DNA of 64,000 nt, from positions 96,001 through 160,000 of IMG/VR virus record IMGVR_UViG_3300035499_000517; one strand, written 5' to 3'. The notes beneath the pieces were generated by a model. That model searched no databases. It had not been told where the DNA came from and saw nothing but the letters and a program-made list of their open reading frames with translations. This stretch comes from a virus. Taxonomy: Duplodnaviria > Caudoviricetes. Numbering within the stretch: position 1 is the stretch's first letter; each line of letters starts with the position of its first letter. The position numbers and the translations under genes were made by a program. Positions 40,043 through 48,962 of this stretch are shown in pieces.

Positions 40043-40129
40043 AAAAGAGACCTGATTCAATCTCAGGTCTCTCCAACACAGCCACATCATACCAAGGATA
40101 ATCGAGGCGATTCTTTATCGTCTACCCTT
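40043..40129 (-). ncRNA. Candidate small RNA (~85 nt) with own late promoter and terminator
   Basis: AACA-GATGAT-TA at 40129-40140; 5' stem AAGGGUAG/UUAUCCUU; terminator GAGACCUGA...UCAGGUCUC-UUUU. Confidence 0.5.
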
Positions 40130-40155
40130 AATCATCTGTTACAATCTGCATATAT

Positions 40156-40401
40156 TTAAATATAAGCCTTTATGTCATTTATGAATGCAGTTACTTCGTC
40201 ATCGTCTCCAATAATTCTTAAATACATTCTCTTTGCAGATGAAATTGCACAACACGCAAGAGATTTCCCATCCATCAATTGATTTTTGTCTATACCTATG
40301 TCGAAGTTTAAGTTCTCATATCTAGGAAGTCTCATTTTTCTGTTTAACTTAAAGATGTCGTCAGCGCTGTCTAAGTTTACTTTAATCAGCATCGTCATCA
40401 C
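40156..40401 (-). CDS. HPr-like protein
   Basis: About 80 aa; MDGKSL resembles HPr VDAKS (Ser46); G.DD...F..DI C-terminus. Confidence 0.55.
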   Translation of the reverse strand: MMTMLIKVNLDSADDIFKLNRKMRLPRYENLNFDIGIDKNQLMDGKSLACCAISSAKRMYLRIIGDDDEVTAFINDIKAYI

Positions 40402-40535
40402 TTCCTTTCATAAAATGACAAGAAAAAAAGAGCAGGTCGGTTTAATGACGCTGCCCTCTTTTTCTGCTCTATAATTCTTTAGGAGGCTACACAATACTTA
40501 TGGCAAAGTACAATGCAACAAAGCCATCATGCGGC

Positions 40536-42965
40536 TTAACTATTTGTTACAATTTCCTCGGAATCTGGAGAGGTCTCGTCAGATTCCTCCAAGAGCTCTG
40601 CTTCTTTTTCAGCTTGCTCTTCTTCTAAAATACGTTGCCTTTCTGCTTCCTCCTCACGTTTCATCTGTTCACGCTTCTTAAGAGAGATATATCCAGTATC
40701 AACTTCTTCTGGTAATTCCATCTTACCATAAGCATTCAATTCAGTCCTTGGACCCATGATGAATGACTTACCATGTTTCATCTCTTCTTCTACTTGACGT
40801 TCCAGATTATTCCCTTGCATGACCACATTCTGATTGAGAATTTCGGTCCGAATTTCATCTTTCAATTTCATTTGATAGAATTCATAATCGGTCATCATAT
40901 ATGATTTCCCGTTATACGTATGCATCCGGATGGCTTCGTTATCCATTCCGGTAATCTGCTTATTCTTATCATTGAATTGAAGCTCCAAACCAAGATGCTT
41001 ATAAAATACAGAGAAGATCTCTGCTGATCTTGATTTATAGAAGCGCTTCATATTCTTAAGACCATGCTCCATAAATTGTGATTTGGTTAAATCACTGGTA
41101 GCTTCCGGTGAGGATCTGTAACATCCATGAAGTACTGCCAACTCATCTGGTTCCAAACCAATTAAGAAGTTGAGTGACTCATATTCACCGAAACGAATAG
41201 CCGTATCAGAGAACGGAGCTTCATTTCTCTTATTCTTATAAGAACGCTCCGGTAATCCCTTCATATTAATTGCACCAGTATTTCTTGCAGAGAATCCTCG
41301 AGAGTCTGTCTGTTTGAGTGGCATGAAATACATCTTGCCTGGACGATAAGACTGACAAATACGATAGAGGTGTCCCCACTTGCGAATGTATAACGTAACC
41401 GATTTCGCAAAATCATACTTCTGTGCAATATCGAGTAATTTATAGAAGATTGAACGATCTTCGTTGATTGAATCCTGATGGACATTGATTCCACCGGTAT
41501 CAATCACAGATTTCATGAATTCTTTCTTCTCTTTTGTAGTAAGTCTCTTATAGATAGAATGGAACTTCGCTGCCTGTTTTTCATTAAATGCTCCGAGAAT
41601 TTCAAAGTAGAATTTTTCCTGTTCTCGAAGTGTCTTCATCTTTGCCAATTCACCTACTGCACATTCTGTAATCCAGTTGATTTCCATCTCATGTGGAACG
41701 AATGCTGTGGTACGGTTTGTAATAGATGGAAGATGAAGAAGCACGTCGACACGTTTTCCATCAGAGCTAAACGGCATGTCTTCATTCTTTAAGACTCTTG
41801 ATACAACGGACTTATTTCCATATCGTGCAGTAAACTTACCACCCTCGGACAGTGGAGAAATCTCCATAATATGAGCGTGAATCTTCAAGTTACCAAATAC
41901 AGAATTTCCGTCATTCCATTTTAAGTTCGGATTCCGGTCAATGAAATCTCTTGCTCTCTTAAAGAGCGAATCGATCTTTCTTGTATAAGGTTTTCCAGAA
42001 TCCATAATCTCTTTACAAGTCTGATAAATCTTCTTCCAGTATTTATCCTGTTCATGGAGTAAATCAATAATCTGATGATTGAATGAATTATCCGGAATAT
42101 CAGGATCATTACAGAAGATATCATAATCGACAACCATAGCGGTGCCGTTATAAAGGATGGTACAATCACCATCACGAATCATCCGTAAATTACGATGTGT
42201 AAAGTCGTAAAGGACCTGCTCGTTGATAAGAGGTCTGGATGATGCTAAGTATCCTTCAACAGTCTGTCCAATATTTGGAAGAGGCTGATAATGATCATCG
42301 TCTCCAAATAAGTTCAGTGGGATATCGTTGTTATTCCAACCCCACGCAATCTTTTGTGGATGTACTGTACTTAAGGCTACAGATGCATACTCACTGATCT
42401 CTGCTGCGTCTTCTGCTGTAAATGGATCAAAGGTATACATCGTATTTAGGTTTACACCAAATCGATAGTTCATATAAGGATCATATGATGTAGAACGATA
42501 AAGAACCGTTCCATCTTTTACTTCATCTCCCTCTTCTAAGCTATCAATAAAATCGTTGTTATACATATAGCCATAATTCTGACCGAGTTCCTCTGTCGGC
42601 TTTCTTTTGACCATATCATAACGCTTCTTTTTCTTATCCCAGAAAAACAGGACATAAACAAACGGGTGCTCCAGAATGTCCTCGAACTTTACTACCTTTC
42701 GGTAGACTTTCATATCATGGACTTTCTTGTATCCTGATGAGTTACGTCCGACAACATTTTCCGCTCCAGACATAACGAATGGAACTTCTGGTGACACGGA
42801 ATTTACGACCTGATTTAAGTGTGAGGTGAACATCTGCGTTCGTGTACTATTATTGTATCGGAAATGTGTCATCGAGCTCATTCCGGCTACAGCAGGATCA
42901 CCTCTGTATCGTTCATCTGCTTCAAGTAATTTTTCTTTTAGGTTATACTTTTGGATTTCGGGCAT
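40536..42965 (-). CDS. rpoB: Phage RNA polymerase beta subunit, C-terminal half (probably non-virion RNAP)
   Basis: NNSTRTQMFTSHLNQ, EDA, GGKFTARYGNKSVV, DMP, SARNTG, RFGEYE; early promoter at 43014-43030. Confidence 0.85.
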   Translation of the reverse strand: MPEIQKYNLKEKLLEADERYRGDPAVAGMSSMTHFRYNNSTRTQMFTSHLNQVVNSVSPEVPFVMSGAENVVGRNSSGYKKVHDMKVYRKVVKFEDILEHPFVYVLFFWDKKKKRYDMVKRKPTEELGQNYGYMYNNDFIDSLEEGDEVKDGTVLYRSTSYDPYMNYRFGVNLNTMYTFDPFTAEDAAEISEYASVALSTVHPQKIAWGWNNNDIPLNLFGDDDHYQPLPNIGQTVEGYLASSRPLINEQVLYDFTHRNLRMIRDGDCTILYNGTAMVVDYDIFCNDPDIPDNSFNHQIIDLLHEQDKYWKKIYQTCKEIMDSGKPYTRKIDSLFKRARDFIDRNPNLKWNDGNSVFGNLKIHAHIMEISPLSEGGKFTARYGNKSVVSRVLKNEDMPFSSDGKRVDVLLHLPSITNRTTAFVPHEMEINWITECAVGELAKMKTLREQEKFYFEILGAFNEKQAAKFHSIYKRLTTKEKKEFMKSVIDTGGINVHQDSINEDRSIFYKLLDIAQKYDFAKSVTLYIRKWGHLYRICQSYRPGKMYFMPLKQTDSRGFSARNTGAINMKGLPERSYKNKRNEAPFSDTAIRFGEYESLNFLIGLEPDELAVLHGCYRSSPEATSDLTKSQFMEHGLKNMKRFYKSRSAEIFSVFYKHLGLELQFNDKNKQITGMDNEAIRMHTYNGKSYMMTDYEFYQMKLKDEIRTEILNQNVVMQGNNLERQVEEEMKHGKSFIMGPRTELNAYGKMELPEEVDTGYISLKKREQMKREEEAERQRILEEEQAEKEAELLEESDETSPDSEEIVTNS

Positions 42966-43013
42966 CCTTAATTCCCCCTTTTTAAAAATCTCATTTATGG
43001 TACTTCTAAATAG

Positions 43014-43030
43014 ATAATATATAAACAAAT
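43014..43030 (-). promoter_or_regulatory. Early-type promoter ATTTGTTTATATATTAT
   Basis: Variant of the consensus upstream of the beta gene. Confidence 0.65.
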
Positions 43031-43123
43031 CTCATGTTGAGATTTGGTACCCGTCGTTAACATGATGTGAATAAGAAAATGAGAAAGAAAAAGGCATGGA
43101 CTTATCATCCATGCCTATAATCT

Positions 43124-43453
43124 TTACTCTTCATACTTGATTTTGAGTTTCACTTTCTTTCCCGTGATCTTTGATGTAATCGTATAACCTGCCTTTTCCA
43201 TCTTCGCAATCAAGTCTTTCTTGTTGTCTAAGGATACGGACTTTGTAAAAGTCACAGTTGCCGATAATTCGGTTTTATCGCTAAACTCGTATTCCATTGA
43301 TTTAATGGAATCCGTTTGATCCTTTAAGATTTCATAAAAGCGGATAAATTTACGATACTTTGTACCGACTATCTCCTCCAGGAGTTCGATATTAGATCCG
43401 GAAAGTTTTGCAGCGTAATCTGTTAAACTTTTCTTCATTTCCATATCCACCAT
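43124..43453 (-). CDS. Hypothetical protein
   Basis: 109-aa ORF in minus-strand operon. Confidence 0.65.
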   Translation of the reverse strand: MVDMEMKKSLTDYAAKLSGSNIELLEEIVGTKYRKFIRFYEILKDQTDSIKSMEYEFSDKTELSATVTFTKSVSLDNKKDLIAKMEKAGYTITSKITGKKVKLKIKYEE

Positions 43454-43471
43454 TCTTTATGATTTATATGG

Positions 43472-43723
43472 TCATAACAGAATTTGATCGCGTATATTCT
43501 TCCGTTCCGCGTCTTTCATTGCTTTCTCATTTGCCTCTTGTTCATCTTTGAGCTGCTGAATTCTAGCATCTCGTAATTCAAACAAGCGCTTCTTAGGAAG
43601 ACCCCACAAAATATCATTTATACTCAATTCGGATTTGAATAAACCCAACATGTCGTTTATTAGTATCGGAAATTGTCGAACGAAATCTCGGTACTGCCGA
43701 GCCGTTGGGTGATCAAGAAAACC
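43472..43723 (-). CDS. Putative -1 frameshift extension of the upstream chaperone (or 59-aa ORF from ATG 43651)
   Basis: -1 frame opens immediately at G-GTT-TTC (43717-43723) and runs to TGA 43472; internal ATG lacks an RBS. Confidence 0.55.
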   Translation of the reverse strand, partial: GFLDHPTARQYRDFVRQFPILINDMLGLFKSELSINDILWGLPKKRLFELRDARIQQLKDEQEANEKAMKDAERKNIRDQILL

Positions 43724-45447
43724 AGTTCATCCGGAGTAATCGGGATGCTCTTGGTCTTGTGATGACATTTCGGACACTCAATATTCTTAAGGCTAAATCC
43801 GATATAGAATTTTGCCTGATATTCACGGAATGCTGCCCATAAGATATCAATGTCTGCCGGCTTCATAGAAAGCAGGGCTTCCATAATATCAGATACTTTC
43901 TTGATTGCATAGTAACTTCCGTCACTCTTCGGAATGAGAATCATTCCGATGCTGTTTAAGATCGGGATTAATGCAACCTTCTTGTTAAGCTCATAAAGAG
44001 CCGGGTCGTCGTCTTCGTACTTATCAACCTCTTCCTGAATCTTGTTGACATAATCGAGAACGCCATACAGATACTCGTAGCAAGAGATTGTACGAAAATC
44101 TACCAGATACTTGCAGTAAGGCATCTGGATACGGCGTACTTTACGTACCGGCGATTCCAGCGCTACCTTCATACGATCTTCCGGAGCACATTCATTCACT
44201 TCACGAATGGCATCCAGATATTTTATATCTGCAGAATCAAAGTCAATAATGGAACGTGGCTGATACTTGTATGGGATCCTGCTCTTACAAGACTCTACGT
44301 TACAGGTAAGAACCAACTCATCCTCTTCCGGCTGTGTTACAATCGTAAGACCGTAAATAGCCAGCGGAACATCGACATATGCAAACTTCTTTAAGAAGTC
44401 CTCATAGTCTTTAAAGCCACCAATTGAGATGTTTACCATGTGATTGTAGATGGTATATAATCTCCGGTTCATCTTATCAAAAGAGATATAATCGGTAGAC
44501 TCGTCACCCGGATCGAGTGCGATATCTGCGAACTCACCAAAGGTAAGTCCGGTCATATCAGCCTTAAATCCAGAAGCCGGGAATGACATCGGGGCTTTCG
44601 ATACTGAAAGCTGATACTTGTCGATTGCCTGTAAGAACGAGATAGTCTGATCCTGACGATCAAATTCTACCATACGAAGATCCTTGTCTTCTACTTCCAC
44701 AAGATGAATCATGTTGGTCGACTGGATTGCTTTCTTTTCCTCATCATCAAATGTGATCTGCGGACCAAGTCCAGTCTTGTCGATTAAGATATGAACAAGA
44801 TTCTGCTTACGCGCATCGTTCATAACCTCAGTAGCATCCAGGTATTCCTGCTGACCTTCTTCCGGCTCGATACCTTCTGCTTTATTCTTCTCAAGTTTCT
44901 CAATCTCTGCCAGAACTTCAGGTGTCTTTGCAATGATGTACTTTGAGTTTGGTACATAAGTTGCTTCACCGGTTTCCGAATCAACCTGAACCTGTGAGAT
45001 GTCATCCATGAGTTCTACATACTCCGGCTTTGTCTGAGGTTTCTTGATAGCGATGACCGCTTTTGATTTCTTTGTAAGATCATCAATCTCAGCAAGCTTG
45101 TGCTCCATGTCATCTCTTCTTCGATCAGAATCAGAGAGTGGACGAAGACGCTCTTCATCCGGATCGTCTTCTTCACCAACAAATCCAGATGCACTTTTCT
45201 TGCTTTTGATTGCTGCCTCAAGCGGAGACAACTCTTCCTCTTTTTTCTCTTCCAGAAATTCTTTTGCCGGAACTGACTCAAATGGTTTTCTCTGCGAACT
45301 AATAAGTGACTGTAAAGTCATAGCCGCTTTATCCTCTTTTTCAGCAGACTGTGATCTAACCTCACCATTTTCTGCTGTTGCGTTTGCATAGATTTCATCT
45401 ACGTTGATATTTGTATCACGAGATACACCTAATTCTTCATCACGCAT
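43660..45447 (-). CDS. Baseplate hub/tail assembly chaperone (T4 gp26-like) with long acidic N-terminal extension
   Basis: C-terminal half with LTC....C and ECPKC zinc pairs; next to gp25-like gene; AGGAGG RBS. Confidence 0.55.
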   Translation of the reverse strand: MRDEELGVSRDTNINVDEIYANATAENGEVRSQSAEKEDKAAMTLQSLISSQRKPFESVPAKEFLEEKKEEELSPLEAAIKSKKSASGFVGEEDDPDEERLRPLSDSDRRRDDMEHKLAEIDDLTKKSKAVIAIKKPQTKPEYVELMDDISQVQVDSETGEATYVPNSKYIIAKTPEVLAEIEKLEKNKAEGIEPEEGQQEYLDATEVMNDARKQNLVHILIDKTGLGPQITFDDEEKKAIQSTNMIHLVEVEDKDLRMVEFDRQDQTISFLQAIDKYQLSVSKAPMSFPASGFKADMTGLTFGEFADIALDPGDESTDYISFDKMNRRLYTIYNHMVNISIGGFKDYEDFLKKFAYVDVPLAIYGLTIVTQPEEDELVLTCNVESCKSRIPYKYQPRSIIDFDSADIKYLDAIREVNECAPEDRMKVALESPVRKVRRIQMPYCKYLVDFRTISCYEYLYGVLDYVNKIQEEVDKYEDDDPALYELNKKVALIPILNSIGMILIPKSDGSYYAIKKVSDIMEALLSMKPADIDILWAAFREYQAKFYIGFSLKNIECPKCHHKTKSIPITPDELVFLITQRLGSTEISFDNFRY

Positions 45448-45475
45448 GATTTTGTTACCTCCTTAAATTAATTCA

Positions 45476-45721
45476 TTAATAATACCGATCAATATTCTTG
45501 ATGGTATTTTCAATAATGGCTTTTCTTTGAATTGACAAAATGTCATCTCTTGATAATTTTACAAGAGCTTTGAATAACTCCTGATCATATGCGAGCATTC
45601 TAAGAATATCATTTAAACCCCAAAGTGTAGATTCAGTTTCTGTAATCTCCTTCGTAGGTTCTACTTTCGTGTGCTCACAAGCTTCTTTATATAAATCATC
45701 AAGTATATAAGGTGCTGCCAT
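45476..45721 (-). CDS. Hypothetical protein
   Basis: AGGAGG RBS. Confidence 0.65.
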   Translation of the reverse strand: MAAPYILDDLYKEACEHTKVEPTKEITETESTLWGLNDILRMLAYDQELFKALVKLSRDDILSIQRKAIIENTIKNIDRYY

Positions 45722-45739
45722 GTTTGCCTCCTTACTCTT

Positions 45740-46183
45740 TTAGAAATCCGAAATTACACTTGCACTCACGAGAGCATAGTTATATGTGATAGCATCGTCA
45801 TTTGCCACAATAGTAATTGCAATTGTATTCTTTTCTTTCTTTCGATAAATCGGCATGGTAATTAAAAGCACTGGAGAATCATCTCCTGCAAGTCTTGTTT
45901 TTACAAACTTAAGATCACCAGAACTAAACAGCGGCGATACGATTGACAGCTGATAAGTAAGCTGTGCCTGTAAAAAATCTGTATCAATGTCTGAGAATTT
46001 TCTATATGTATAATCCTGGATATGCATACCAAGTGCCGGGATAGAAGGGTAGAATCCTTCTTTTCCAAATAATACAATTAAGATGGCTTTTGCGACTGCC
46101 TCCCAATCCTCGTAAACGAGTGGTTTTCGGAATTTATCCAGCCCAAATGCGGGCTCGTAATAAACGCTCATAATTGAATCCAT
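45740..46183 (-). CDS. Baseplate wedge/sheath initiator (gp25-like)
   Basis: ILIVLFGKEGFYPSIPALG pattern; late promoter AACC-AGATAT-TA at 46242-46253. Confidence 0.55.
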   Translation of the reverse strand: MDSIMSVYYEPAFGLDKFRKPLVYEDWEAVAKAILIVLFGKEGFYPSIPALGMHIQDYTYRKFSDIDTDFLQAQLTYQLSIVSPLFSSGDLKFVKTRLAGDDSPVLLITMPIYRKKEKNTIAITIVANDDAITYNYALVSASVISDF

Positions 46184-46325
46184 CCTTTCATGTTCGAATT
46201 ATAAAGATGTCTTCATTGTAAGTGAACCCTTATATTCACCTTAATATCTGGTTGCGTTAATAATTAATAATGACAAGAAATTATTGTATTCACATAAAGA
46301 TAATAGGAAATTGAATAGGCTCAAT

Positions 46326-46342
46326 TTTCATTTATGTAATAT
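46326..46342 (+). promoter_or_regulatory. Early-type promoter TTTCATTTATGTAATAT
   Basis: One-mismatch consensus copy. Confidence 0.7.
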
Positions 46343-46455
46343 CTTTTAGATGGATATAAATGGTAAGGGTTTTTACTTGTCCATCCAAAAACTAATCTAG
46401 GGGCTGCCGTGATCTCCCTAAATACAAAAGGGCAGCAAGAGAAGGAGGAAACATC

Positions 46456-46782
46456 ATGAAACAAATTCAAACCTTGAGCGTCAATGAAAAGATCGATTTC
46501 ACAAGAACGTTCATCACCGAGAAGGACATCGAAGACCAGGACATCCAGCAGGAGTTATACTTAACTGCAATCGAATTTCAATGCTTCAATGACAAACCGA
46601 CACAGTACATGAAACTCTCGTTGATGCTAAACGATACATCAGTGAGATTAACGCAGATCAAGGAAGCACGAGAAACAGCAGAAGTGCTTAGTGGATTGAT
46701 GGAATGTGAAAGGGCGGAGTTTAACAAGAGGTACAACGCTAGTATTATCTCAGGAATACTGGGAGCATTATTCATGGAGTAA
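46456..46782 (+). CDS. Hypothetical early protein
   Basis: AGGAGG RBS; terminator 46795-46826. Confidence 0.7.
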   Translation: MKQIQTLSVNEKIDFTRTFITEKDIEDQDIQQELYLTAIEFQCFNDKPTQYMKLSLMLNDTSVRLTQIKEARETAEVLSGLMECERAEFNKRYNASIISGILGALFME

Positions 46783-46853
46783 TGTAAAAACAAACAAGGG
46801 ACTGTTTCGACAGTCCCTTCTTTTTTCCCTTTGCAGGCTATTTTCATAGGAAA

Positions 46854-46865
46854 AACAAAGGTATA
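46854..46865 (+). promoter_or_regulatory. Late-type promoter AACA-AAGGTA-TA
   Basis: AAAAACAAAGGTATAA is identical to the copy at 61823-61838 (minus). Confidence 0.7.
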
Positions 46866-46895
46866 ACCATAGTAAAAAAGAAATGAGGTGATAAT

Positions 46896-47756
46896 ATGAG
46901 TGAACCTGCAGAGGCTCTATTTTATTTTGCAGAGCAGACGTCACCTGGGGATGAGAAGATCAACTTTGATGTTCAGCATGGTCCTGGTGGCGATTGGTGG
47001 GTAGAATTTGACTCTTGTTTACACGTCTTTGAGTTTATGAATCGTAATACACGTCAGTATCTTGGAGATAACATCATGGATGCTTTACAGCTGGAGAAAA
47101 TCCAGTCTCAACTTGCTCATGATGATTGGTTTGGTGAAATGGATCATCCGTATCCATCGATTGATGGTCAGAAGTTATCTGAAAAGAGGATCCGTACAAT
47201 CGAACTTACTCGTAGATCACATAAGATCCGTAATCCGAGACGTCAGGGGAATAAACTGTATGGACATATCGTATCCGCTGGAAATGATGTTGGAAAGGGA
47301 TTTGCAAACGAGATTATTCGTGGTATGATTCCGGCATTCTCATGCAGATGTTTCGGTCAGATGAAGATCATAAACGGAAGACCGACAATCGTTGTTCGTT
47401 TAGTTGTAACTTACGACTGGGTTCTTTATGCTGGATTCGAAGATGCAAAGATGATTGGAGGAGCAAAGGTAAAGACTGGGAATCTTCCGATTACAGAATC
47501 TGCTGAGGGTGGTGAATTAGGAAGTAGAGATATCGCAATTCCATTCTCTGAATTAGCACTTGATATTTCAGAGAAAGACGGTGGTGTTTCTGCGTTCCTG
47601 GAGTCCATGGATATGGATGCTTCAAATATCCTTGGTCTTACTGATGACTATTCAAAAGCAATCATTTCTCCGGATAAAGATCATTACATCTATGCAAAGA
47701 TGAATCCTACTACTGTAAATCGCGTGCGTGATTTCTACCGTTCTTTCGGTAAGTAG
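46896..47756 (+). CDS. Prohead core protease (T4 gp21-like)
   Basis: NRNTRQY, GEMDHP, SHKI, FSCRCFG, TYDWV motifs. Confidence 0.8.
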   Translation: MSEPAEALFYFAEQTSPGDEKINFDVQHGPGGDWWVEFDSCLHVFEFMNRNTRQYLGDNIMDALQLEKIQSQLAHDDWFGEMDHPYPSIDGQKLSEKRIRTIELTRRSHKIRNPRRQGNKLYGHIVSAGNDVGKGFANEIIRGMIPAFSCRCFGQMKIINGRPTIVVRLVVTYDWVLYAGFEDAKMIGGAKVKTGNLPITESAEGGELGSRDIAIPFSELALDISEKDGGVSAFLESMDMDASNILGLTDDYSKAIISPDKDHYIYAKMNPTTVNRVRDFYRSFGK

Positions 47757-47766
47757 GAGGTGTATC

Positions 47767-48948
47767 ATGGAAAACAACAATCAGGTATTCATGGAAGCTT
47801 ACTACGGTAAGCTCCCTGAATTTGTTAAAATCGAATCTTGTTTTAACGAGATTATTAAAAAAGCTCGGATTGAGAAATACAAATCCAATCCAAATAAGTA
47901 TCCGGAAAATAAGGAAATCCAGAAATTATTCTGTAAGATCTTCGGATTTAAGAAGATGATTCTTTACTGGATACCAAGTGATACATTAAATGCATTTACA
48001 GTAACCGTTTCCAGCTACATGCTTTTTGGTGAGTCAAAAGATTTTATCGAAAAGAGAAGTGATCGTGGATTTTACGATACTTCTGGAAAATCGGTTCTTA
48101 CTGTTTATGCATATACTGGTCTCTTAAATGAGTCTACAAATATGGATGGAAACGAAGTCTTGGCAATCTTATTGCATGAGATTGGGCACAACTTCGATTA
48201 TTCGAGATTCCATATGATTGAGTTCTTAACAGATGCAATCTTAACTCTTGGAACAAGTGTAGTTGATCCTATGACTCATAAGACAATTGGTGATCTTAAC
48301 GATGTTAAGTTAGATTATATGGATGAAGTAAAGAAAGAATACGATGATTTGTATAAGAAACCAAAGGAGCGGAAAAAGAAAGCAGAGGAATACAACAAGG
48401 CTCTTGACAAATATCTCAACAAGGGATTATTTAGAAAGAGCGTTATTTACGCATTAACAACATTGCTTGCTGTTCCGTTCTCTATTCCTATGCAGTTCTT
48501 CGATCTTGGGTATCATAAAGGTGAGCAGTTTGCTGATAGCTTTGCTACATCTTATGGATATGGTAATGAGTTAATCAGTGGACTTGGAAAATTAAGAAAC
48601 TCACCGGTTCCTTTAAAAGAAGGAAAAGTAATCAATGTATTCCGTGATCTGTATACACTCTCTGAAGAGATTTTCCTTGGTATGTATGAGTGTCATGGAA
48701 CAAATCAGGAACGTTGTAAAGAAACGATAAAGAAAATCAAGGCAGACATCAAGTCTGGAGATTATCCTCCGGAGTTACATGATGATCTGGTAGCTCAGCT
48801 TGATAAGATGGAAGCACAGTATCATGAGATGCTGTATGCAACCGAAGATGAGAAATACAAAATTACAAAGTTTTGGAGAAAGATCTGTAATGTGATCTTT
48901 GGTGGAGCACCAAACATTGCAAAATTCTTCAAAGCAAATCGAGTATAA
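47767..48948 (+). CDS. Zincin metallopeptidase-like head protein
   Basis: NAFT, EVLAILLHEIGH, EQFADSFATSYGYG, HG...R; follows the protease gene. Confidence 0.7.
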   Translation: MENNNQVFMEAYYGKLPEFVKIESCFNEIIKKARIEKYKSNPNKYPENKEIQKLFCKIFGFKKMILYWIPSDTLNAFTVTVSSYMLFGESKDFIEKRSDRGFYDTSGKSVLTVYAYTGLLNESTNMDGNEVLAILLHEIGHNFDYSRFHMIEFLTDAILTLGTSVVDPMTHKTIGDLNDVKLDYMDEVKKEYDDLYKKPKERKKKAEEYNKALDKYLNKGLFRKSVIYALTTLLAVPFSIPMQFFDLGYHKGEQFADSFATSYGYGNELISGLGKLRNSPVPLKEGKVINVFRDLYTLSEEIFLGMYECHGTNQERCKETIKKIKADIKSGDYPPELHDDLVAQLDKMEAQYHEMLYATEDEKYKITKFWRKICNVIFGGAPNIAKFFKANRV

Positions 48949-48962
48949 AGGAGGTGTTAAAA

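Noticed and set aside
42966-43028. N-terminal 21 codons of the beta ORF as called (TTG start)
   Set aside because: Overlaps the early promoter; ATG at 42965 has the RBS.
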